From: Patescibacteria group bacterium
GTDB lineage: Bacteria > Patescibacteriota > Patescibacteriia > Magasanikbacterales > GWA2-37-8
Direction of reading: 5' to 3'
DNA length: 3,770 bases
Assembly: GCA_004321885.1 (NCBI GenBank)
Contig: SCQK01000022.1
Location: forward strand, 1-3,770
Part shown: positions 1 through 3,770 of the stretch, in pieces
Numbering within the stretch: the stretch's first letter is position 1
Layout of the letters: each line of letters begins with the position of its first letter
Translations under genes and position numbers: made by a program
The notes under the pieces: model-generated
Database searches by the model: none
Seen by the model: only the letters and a program-made list of their open reading frames with translations
What the model was told of the DNA's origin: nothing

Positions 1-57
1 TTTTACCGCTTCCGCTCGAAACTCCTTCGTGTACCTTCCCTGTGGAATCCCCTTCAT
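1..57 (-). CDS. Partial (first 19 codons) IS3-family transposase OrfA (HTH DNA-binding subunit); the gene continues beyond the left edge of the window
   Basis: The reverse complement of 1..60 reads AGGATGAAGGGGATTCCACAGGGAAGGTACACGAAGGAGTTTCGAGCGGAAGCGGTAAAA. The ATG is at 57..55 and the ORF stays open to the window edge, translating MKGIPQGRYTKEFRAEAVK. The R-Y/F-T/S-x-EF-K/R-x-EA-V/L-K pattern is the characteristic N-terminus of IS3/IS51-group OrfA proteins. A GGAGGT Shine-Dalgarno lies 7 nt upstream on the minus strand (+ coordinates about 65-70). Only 19 aa are visible, so this is a motif-level call. Confidence 0.42.
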   Translation of the reverse strand, partial: MKGIPQGRYTKEFRAEAVK

Positions 58-125
58 CCTGACACCTCCATCATTGCATTTTACACGACTTTGGTGTCCA
101 GTTTTTCCATCCTACCTCAACTGAC
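1..125 (-). mobile_element. Probable terminal 125 bp or so of an IS3-family insertion sequence (left inverted repeat, 5' UTR and start of orfA). The right boundary is uncertain, somewhere in 117-130
   Basis: OrfA starts at 57 on the minus strand. IS3-family elements usually carry about 60-70 bp between the TG... terminus and the orfA start and end in TG/CA. Candidate termini on the + strand are the TCA at 117-119 or the CA at 129-130. No second copy is present in the window to define the inverted repeat. Confidence 0.3.
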
Positions 126-174
126 AAGGTTCGGTTTCGCGCTATAGTAGCCTTGGGCTGAAGGAACGTATGCG

Positions 175-218
175 CAACCCTTTGGAGTGTACTGCACTCC
201 AAAGGGTTGTTCTGTTTT
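175..218 (+). terminator. Intrinsic-terminator-like structure: a perfect 15-bp inverted repeat (CAACCCTTTGGAGTG / CACTCCAAAGGGTTG) with a 5-nt TACTG loop, followed by TTCTGTTTTG
   Basis: Read directly from the sequence. The arms are 175-189 and 195-209, and a T-rich tract follows at 210-218. On the minus strand the hairpin is not followed by a T-run, so if it terminates anything it does so for rightward (+) transcription. It could instead be a protein operator upstream of the 366 gene. Confidence 0.5.
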
Positions 219-365
219 GAGAAGCTGGGGTGCAGTAGGCGGGAAGCGATAGGAGCGTGACCCCTTCACCTGCTCTGGAGCGGAAATACCCCACGCGGCC
301 AGGGAAAGGATTGGCAAGGGGTGTTCCCTTCTGCCTTCCGAACACCAATCAAAAGGAGATTGAAA

Positions 366-524
366 ATGAAAACCAACCATCTTGTTCGCACACTGGCAGC
401 GTTCGTCCTATTGGCGGCGATCTTTACCTTCGCGTTCAGCGTGCAAGCCGCGTCGCCCAATGGTGTTGATCACCTTCGCGGCCGCTGGGACGGTACGCTC
501 CAAAACCTGTACGGGGACGACTAG
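366..524 (+). CDS. 52-aa ORF encoding a Sec-type signal peptide (MKTNHLVRTLAAFVLLAAIFTFAFSVQA, then ASPNG...) that ends at an in-frame TAG. It is probably the N-terminal part of the downstream secreted-protein gene, which would make the locus a pseudogene or a readthrough gene
   Basis: AAAGGAGA Shine-Dalgarno at 352-359, 6-7 nt before the ATG at 366. The peptide has a positively charged n-region (K, H, R), a 16-residue hydrophobic core and an A-x-A-like VQA cleavage site. The stop is TAG at 522-524. The reading frame (position mod 3 = 0) matches ORF 570..1595, and 525..569 contains no stop. Confidence 0.5.
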   Translation: MKTNHLVRTLAAFVLLAAIFTFAFSVQAASPNGVDHLRGRWDGTLQNLYGDD

Positions 525-569
525 CCTTTCCGCCTCCTGTTTGACCGTTCAGGGCCTGACCCAAACGAC

Positions 570-1595
570 TTGCAGGCTGCACTCTACAACGGATGTATGG
601 CCGTCGGCTCGGGCGGACAGTATACGCCCATTTCTGCTCGTGTGATCGTCAGCGGCAGCGGACAGTTTGATGTCACGATTTTCGGGACACCCCTGGGATC
701 GGTGATCAAACTAACAGGGTTGGCAGAGACGCGCGGAGCTGGCATTACGGATGATTCCGTCGACGGAGCGTGGCAGACTCAGGATGCCTGGGGCGATTGG
801 TCTGCCTTTCATCATGATCGACGCAACCCAAAATGCCCGGCAGTTGAGATAGGGAATGGTTTGCACTTCCGGGGTGACGTCTCTGCCGCCCGCTTTAAGC
901 GGGCGGCAGAAAGCATAGGTGAACAAACCATTCTTGAGGGCATGACCAATATCGTTTCGTCTGGGATGAGAGTGACTCTACCGGATGGAAACAGTGTGGA
1001 TGTTCCGTCCTACACTGATATTTTCTCTCCATCAGTAAATTTCATCGATTCATTCCGCTTCACGACCCTCTTCCCGGGCCTGCCAGTCAGCGGTGGTAAC
1101 CATGCATTCGCTCTTCTTGATATATTCGGCCAGCCAATTCCTGGTGCGACCTCCAACGATGTCTGGAACGCCTGTTTACAGGACGCACCGCGTAATGTTT
1201 CCGCGATCGTGAATGCTGATGGGATTCTCGCAACCTGGAATCCCGTTCCTGTTGTGCCCGGCTTTGACCCGAGCGGTAGTCCATCGCTGGGTTTCTATCA
1301 AATTGAGATTCGCCAGGATTTGGGTGGTGATCTTTATGGTGCGAGTCTCATCCTCAATAGTTCGCATTTAATTCCGTTCCTGGATTTCGGAGGCGTTGGG
1401 CCTGGCGTTCCCGATGGAAATAATTTTGGGAGCAGCCTGCTGGAATTAGGTAATGGCACCTACGTCTTCGACGTAATTGCTTTCTCCAAAGGTGTCCCTG
1501 GAACTGCTTCAGCCGGATTGGAATGTCAGGTCCGTGCCGTGGATGAGCAAATCCACTTCGAAAAATCGGGGGCCACGATTACCGTCCTACCTTGA
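570..1595 (+). CDS. Hypothetical secreted or cell-surface protein. It is rich in Gly, Asn, Ser and Thr, has 5 Cys, and carries a fibronectin type III-like domain at the C-terminus (about 1180-1592). The start is uncertain: TTG at 570, ATG at 597, or truly 366 if the TAG is read through
   Basis: A 341-codon ORF ending in TGA, with no transmembrane segment. The C-terminal segment reads ...ILATWNPVPVVPGFDPSGSPSLGFYQIEIRQDLG...GNGTYVFDVIAFSKGVPG..., which fits the FN3 pattern of a Trp in strand B, a Y-x-I/V-x-I/Y stretch in strand C and Y-x-F-x-V-x-A in strand F. No Shine-Dalgarno precedes either 570 or 597, and there is no signal peptide on this ORF itself. Antisense ORFs inside it are shadows. 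Confidence 0.7.
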   Translation: MQAALYNGCMAVGSGGQYTPISARVIVSGSGQFDVTIFGTPLGSVIKLTGLAETRGAGITDDSVDGAWQTQDAWGDWSAFHHDRRNPKCPAVEIGNGLHFRGDVSAARFKRAAESIGEQTILEGMTNIVSSGMRVTLPDGNSVDVPSYTDIFSPSVNFIDSFRFTTLFPGLPVSGGNHAFALLDIFGQPIPGATSNDVWNACLQDAPRNVSAIVNADGILATWNPVPVVPGFDPSGSPSLGFYQIEIRQDLGGDLYGASLILNSSHLIPFLDFGGVGPGVPDGNNFGSSLLELGNGTYVFDVIAFSKGVPGTASAGLECQVRAVDEQIHFEKSGATITVLP

Positions 1596-1655
1596 AAAGG
1601 CGATCGGCGCGAAAAACAAAGTCCTAGAAACCCCCACCTCCAACCCCCTCCCCCG

Positions 1656-2199
1656 ATAGGGCGCATCGCTGGGTTGCGCGAGGCGATCCGTTGGGTCAAC
1701 AAATTCCGGGGACACCACACGCAATGCGTGACGTTGTGCTGACGCCGCCATAGCGTGGCCGCGTGGCAAGAATCGCACGGATCGTCGCGCCAGGCCAACC
1801 CCATCACGTCACATAGCGGGGCAATCGCCGGTAGGCGACTTGTTTCTGTGAAGAGGACGATGCGACATACCTCCGCATGATGTCTGAGTGGTGCTCCCGC
1901 TGGAACGTGGAGGTGTGGGCGTACTGCTTGATGCCCAATCACGTACATATGATCGCGGTTCCCGTTTCAGGCGAAGGCAACGGTCTCTGAGGGTCACACC
2001 CTTGCTTGAAATGGTCTGGACTTGGCGGGACGTTCTTCTGAGTGACGTATCGGGTGACGAGCGTGACAGGATACGGCGTCATGAGAGGACGGGCAGACCT
2101 GTGGGGAATGACGGGTTTGTTGAAACGCTTGAACAGGCATCGGGTTGTATCCTGCACCGCCAGAAGCCAGGGAGGAAAAAGGGGCTGAACCGGAAATGA
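1656..2199 (+). pseudogene. Decayed IS200-like/RayT-like (COG1943, Y1 HuH tyrosine transposase family) gene. The start codon is mutated to ATA, there are at least 2 frameshifts, and about 85 aa are missing from the middle
   Basis: Frame 2, 1841..1990, reads CFCEEDDATYLRMMSEWCSRWNVEVWAYCLMPNHVHMIAVPVSGEGNGL and then a stop; the H-V-H HuH motif is at 1940-1948. Frame 1, 1981..2199, reads RSLRVTPLLEMVWTWRDVLLSDVSGDERDRIRRHERTGRPVGNDGFVETLEQASGCILHRQKPGRKKGLNRK and then a stop, which matches the conserved C-terminal tail of this family (...RTGRPLG.D.F...LE...GR.L.P.KPGRK...). Frame 0 from the ATA at 1656 reads IGRIAGLREAIRWVNKFRGHHTQ..., resembling the family N-terminus M-x-R-x-A/P-R-x-x-x-P-G-x-P-H-H-V-T-Q-R-G-N. 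The piece RGKNRTD at 1762.. lies in a third frame. The conserved region between the HuH motif and the V-x-P-L-L-E segment is absent. Confidence 0.6.
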
Positions 2200-2367
2200 G
2201 TATGGTGTCCCCCGACTAAAGACCCAGCGTTAGCCATCTACTGTGCAACGAAGTGTGGCGCTTAACAGGTAAGCGTGGCATACTGAACTTAAAGATTGCT
2301 CCGGTCTAGGCGTTAGGCTCAATGAATCAGCATTGACGGAATGTTGTCAGGAAGGAGAGACTAGACC

Positions 2368-2568
2368 ATGTCAAAGGTAGACGAACTCAAAACGGAAATC
2401 GAGCAACTTCCCCGGGAGGAGTTCTCGAAACTCATCCGCTGGCTGTCAGAAAAGGAATGGGAGAGGTGGGACAAGGAGATCGAAGCCGATTCTGAAACGG
2501 GAAAGCTGGATTTTCTGGTGCGTGAGGCGATTGACGCGAAAGCTAAGGGAAGTCTTAAGGACCTGTGA
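2368..2568 (+). CDS. Type II toxin-antitoxin antitoxin: a 66-aa acidic, helical protein
   Basis: AGGAAGGAGAG Shine-Dalgarno 8 nt upstream of the ATG at 2368. The protein is MSKVDELKTEIEQLPREEFSKLIRWLSEKEWERWDKEIEADSETGKLDFLVREAIDAKAKGSLKDL. The pattern L-P-x-E-E-x-x-x-L-x-x-W-L followed by W-x-R-W-D-x-x-I-E-x-D-x-x-x-G-K-L-D-x-L-x-x-E-A is typical of small addiction-module antitoxins. Its stop overlaps the start of the downstream toxin ORF (CTGTGA). Confidence 0.7.
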   Translation: MSKVDELKTEIEQLPREEFSKLIRWLSEKEWERWDKEIEADSETGKLDFLVREAIDAKAKGSLKDL

Positions 2569-2828
2569 GGCATCGTACGACAGCTCGGTTTTGGGCTCAC
2601 CTTGCTTGCCTTCCAGAAGGTGTCCAGAGAGTGGCCCGACGAAACTTCGCGCTCCTGAAAGAAAATCCTGCACATCCTTCGCTACACTTCAAAAAGGTTG
2701 GCAGGCTGTGGTCCGCGAGAGTTGGGCCTCATCATCGGGCGCTGGCGGTTGAGGACGGCGCGGATTTCATCTGGGTTTGGATCGGTGCTCACGATGAGTA
2801 CGAGCGAATCATCGAGCAGCAAGGCTAA
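2565..2828 (+). CDS. Type II toxin-antitoxin toxin of the RelE/ParE superfamily (ParE-like, HigB/YafQ-like mRNA interferase fold); 87 aa with a GTG start
   Basis: The GTG at 2565 overlaps the antitoxin stop by 4 nt (GTGA), and an AAGGA sits 4-5 nt upstream. The protein MRHRTTARFWAHLACLPEGVQRVARRNFALLKENPAHPSLHFKKVGRLWSARVGPHHRALAVEDGADFIWVWIGAHDEYERIIEQQG carries the conserved N-P-x-H-P-S-L ... W-S-x-R-I/V ... R-A-L ... W-x-W-I-G-x-H-x-x-Y-D/E-x-I/L signature seen in ParE-like and YafQ-like toxins. Its small size and its position downstream of the antitoxin also fit. Confidence 0.68.
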   Translation: MRHRTTARFWAHLACLPEGVQRVARRNFALLKENPAHPSLHFKKVGRLWSARVGPHHRALAVEDGADFIWVWIGAHDEYERIIEQQG

Positions 2829-2992
2829 CTCCTAGCTCCAGGTCAATCGCTAATCGCGACGGCTGAGCGATGCGTCAGGCTGTCACCTCTGTCCAACAAA
2901 CCAGAATTAAACGGGCGTTCCACCCCTTCCATTATACAAGCTCGCCTCCATGACTTCGATAGTCTCTTGCTCCCTCCTGAAATCCCCCCTCG

Positions 2993-3012
2993 CCCCCCTT
3001 TTGAAAGGGGGG
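2993..3012. repeat. Strong GC hairpin CCCCCCTTT-TG-AAAGGGGGG (a C6 stem, with an extra C6 run just upstream and a G7 run), not followed by a U-tract on either strand
   Basis: Read directly: 2984-2989 is C6, 2993-2998 is C6, 3007-3013 is G7. The stem has 6 GC pairs plus 2-3 AT pairs. Homopolymeric G7/C6 runs are also prone to slippage. Confidence 0.4.
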
Positions 3013-3398
3013 GAACTGAGATTGCCGCGCACCCGTCTGGTGCTACTCAGAAACTGGCTAAGTGGTCAGTTTCACAATTACGGTCACGTATCCGTTCGTG
3101 GTGAGCTTGTCGAACCATGAACGTGGAGGCCACCCTTCGACTGGCTCAGGGTGAACGGATTCGTGGCATAGCTATGAAATGCTATACTACGTTTCTCCCG
3201 TCTGCGGGTCAGCCTCGCCGGATGGATTACTCGCAACGACAGACAAACGAGCGGGTTGCGCGATCAATCTCTTCTCGGGTGCTGCCAAGCGATGCGGTCG
3301 CAGAACCCATCAGAAGGCGAGTGATGTTGCAAGCATTCAGGAGCCGAAGATGGGCTATGGAAGCGGATTTTTCTGGTGTGCTCTTCAGGAGAAAAGAC

Positions 3399-3427
3399 TT
3401 GACAGTCTTGGAATCGTTAGTAATATA
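3399..3427 (+). promoter_or_regulatory. Near-consensus sigma70 promoter: TTGACA (3399-3404), a 16-nt spacer, then TAATAT (3421-3426). The -35 element is embedded in the inverted repeat AAGACT-TGAC-AGTCTT (3394-3409)
   Basis: Read directly from the sequence. The -35 is a perfect consensus and the -10 matches 4 of 6 positions with a 16-nt spacer (TATAAA is also possible at a 19-nt spacer). The predicted transcription start at about 3433 leaves a leader of about 80 nt before the ATG at 3515. Confidence 0.5.
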
Positions 3428-3450
3428 AAAGTGAGATTGTATGGCGCGTT

Positions 3451-3495
3451 GCCCTTGGGTTACGTAGCGCGACGATGAGCGGAGGGGCCAAGGGC
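3451..3495 (+). promoter_or_regulatory. Leader stem-loop: GCCCTTGG (3451-3458) pairs with CCAAGGGC (3488-3495) around a 29-nt loop, and it ends 2 nt before the AAGGAGG Shine-Dalgarno
   Basis: Read directly: an 8-bp perfect inverted repeat inside the 5' UTR of the 3515 gene. It may be an attenuator or regulatory structure. Confidence 0.3.
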
Positions 3496-3514
3496 GCAAG
3501 GAGGTCAGGCGACA

Positions 3515-3770
3515 ATGAATGACCCCGAAAAGGGCTCGGCGAGGTTAAGTTCTCTCAGAAAGACCATGCGGAAGCTCTCTGAGCAGCTTCCAGGGAGCGA
3601 CGCGACGTATCACCGTAAGCTTTCTCAATACGAGGATGAGATCGAGGTCCTCCAGGCGCAAGTGAAGACGCTCGAAGAGGAGATCTATCACCTGACGCGG
3701 CGACTGGACCAGACCCCGAAAGAGTTTGAGTTTCTCCGGTCCAAGCTCGACCAATCCCGCGAACAGTTGG
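3515..3770 (+). CDS. Partial (N-terminal 85 aa) hypothetical coiled-coil protein; the gene continues past the right edge
   Basis: AAGGAGG Shine-Dalgarno at 3498-3504, 10 nt before the ATG at 3515. The frame is open to the window end: MNDPEKGSARLSSLRKTMRKLSEQLPGSDATYHRKLSQYEDEIEVLQAQVKTLEEEIYHLTRRLDQTPKEFEFLRSKLDQSREQL, with heptad-like spacing of E, K, Q and L. It was missed by the ORF track because there is no stop in the window. The minus-strand ORF 3545..3754 is its Leu-rich antisense shadow. Confidence 0.65.
   Translation, partial: MNDPEKGSARLSSLRKTMRKLSEQLPGSDATYHRKLSQYEDEIEVLQAQVKTLEEEIYHLTRRLDQTPKEFEFLRSKLDQSREQL

Noticed and set aside
117-469. ORFs 117..380 (-), 142..348 (-) and 257..469 (+)
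   Set aside because: They span the terminator-like palindrome and the promoter and Shine-Dalgarno region of the signal-peptide gene. Their translations have no Shine-Dalgarno and no features. The real start is at 366, in a different frame from 257.
522-524. The in-frame TAG read as pyrrolysine, or as evidence of a recoded genetic code (TAG as a sense codon)
   Set aside because: There is no supporting evidence in the window. All other confident genes terminate with TGA or TAA, and no internal TAGs are seen elsewhere. Pyl systems are rare and require pylTSBCD genes, which are not visible. It is kept only as a remote possibility under the readthrough finding.
711-1367. Minus-strand ORFs 711..926, 1087..1284 and 1176..1367 (63-71 aa)
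   Set aside because: They lie entirely inside and antisense to the 341-aa + strand ORF. They have no Shine-Dalgarno, and their Arg- and His-rich low-complexity translations are typical shadow ORFs.
1526-2157. Minus-strand ORFs 1526..1948 (140 aa), 1587..1778, 1809..1997 and 1939..2157, and the + strand ORFs 1477..1659 and 1888..2199 taken as intact genes
   Set aside because: The region is better explained as a frameshifted HuH-transposase pseudogene on the + strand, where three + frames each carry collinear pieces of one family. The minus-strand translations are Arg-, Pro- and His-rich with no motifs. ORF 1888..2199 is just the C-terminal fragment of the pseudogene in its own frame.
2297-2365. 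A definite promoter call for the toxin-antitoxin operon (a TTGACG at 2332-2337 and a TTGCTC at 2297)
   Set aside because: No acceptable -10 hexamer sits at 16-18 bp spacing from either candidate, so a promoter cannot be supported by eye. The operator-like TAGGC-N2-TAGGC is noted only under the toxin-antitoxin finding.
2361-2752. ORFs 2361..2675 (-), 2446..2673 (-) and 2522..2752 (+)
   Set aside because: They overlap the toxin-antitoxin pair in other frames or on the other strand. The toxin-antitoxin ORFs have Shine-Dalgarno sequences, translational coupling and family-level motifs, which these do not.
3117-3499. Three mutually overlapping ORFs: 3117..3428 (+), 3179..3478 (+) and 3227..3499 (-)
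   Set aside because: None has a ribosome-binding site. They overlap each other and the promoter and leader of the 3515 gene. Their Arg/Ser/Ala-rich composition shows no protein-like pattern. I treat the region as non-coding or a possible fossil.
3545-3754. Minus-strand 69-aa ORF
   Set aside because: It is the Leu-rich antisense shadow of the + strand coiled-coil gene, which has a promoter, a strong Shine-Dalgarno and an open frame to the window edge.
1-3770. Search for tRNA, rRNA or CRISPR features
   Set aside because: There is no GTTCGAATCC-like T-loop or cloverleaf-compatible arrangement, no rRNA-like conserved blocks, and no regularly spaced direct repeats.

Overview
This 3.77 kb window looks like a mosaic, decaying accessory region of a mid-GC bacterial genome. 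Seven regions stand out, left to right, all on the + strand except the first. (1) 1..57 on the minus strand holds the first 19 codons of what looks like an IS3-family transposase OrfA, MKGIPQGRYTKEFRAEAVK, behind a GGAGGT ribosome-binding site. The gene runs out of the window, so the insertion sequence end probably lies near 117-130. (2) 175..218 is a perfect 15-bp inverted repeat with a 5-nt loop followed by a T-tract, which is terminator-like on the + strand. (3) 366..524 is a strongly SD-led 52-aa ORF that encodes a textbook Sec signal peptide and ends in TAG. The 341-aa ORF 570..1595 is in the same frame with no intervening stop, has no ribosome-binding site of its own, and reads as a Gly/Asn/Ser-rich secreted protein with a C-terminal fibronectin-III-like domain. 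The two are most simply one secreted-protein gene split by an in-frame amber codon. (4) 1656..2199 is a badly decayed pseudogene of the IS200-like/RayT-like HuH Y1 transposase family. It keeps the hallmark VEVWAYCLMPNHVHMIAVP segment and the C-terminal RHERTGRPVGNDGFVETLE...KPGRKKG tail, but has an ATA in place of the start codon, at least two frameshifts and about 85 aa missing from the middle. (5) 2368..2568 and 2565..2828 form a translationally coupled (GTGA overlap) type II toxin-antitoxin pair: a small acidic helical antitoxin followed by a RelE/ParE-superfamily toxin with the WVWIGAHDEYERII C-terminus. (6) 2830..3400 is about 570 bp with no credible coding sequence. It contains C-rich tracts, a strong C6/G7 hairpin and several shorter stem-loops. 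(7) 3394..3770 holds a near-consensus sigma70 promoter (TTGACA-N16-TAATAT) whose -35 sits inside a 6-4-6 palindrome, a structured leader, a strong AAGGAGG site, and the first 85 codons of a coiled-coil protein that runs off the window. I found no tRNA, rRNA or CRISPR array. All family assignments come from motifs read by eye and need a database search to confirm.
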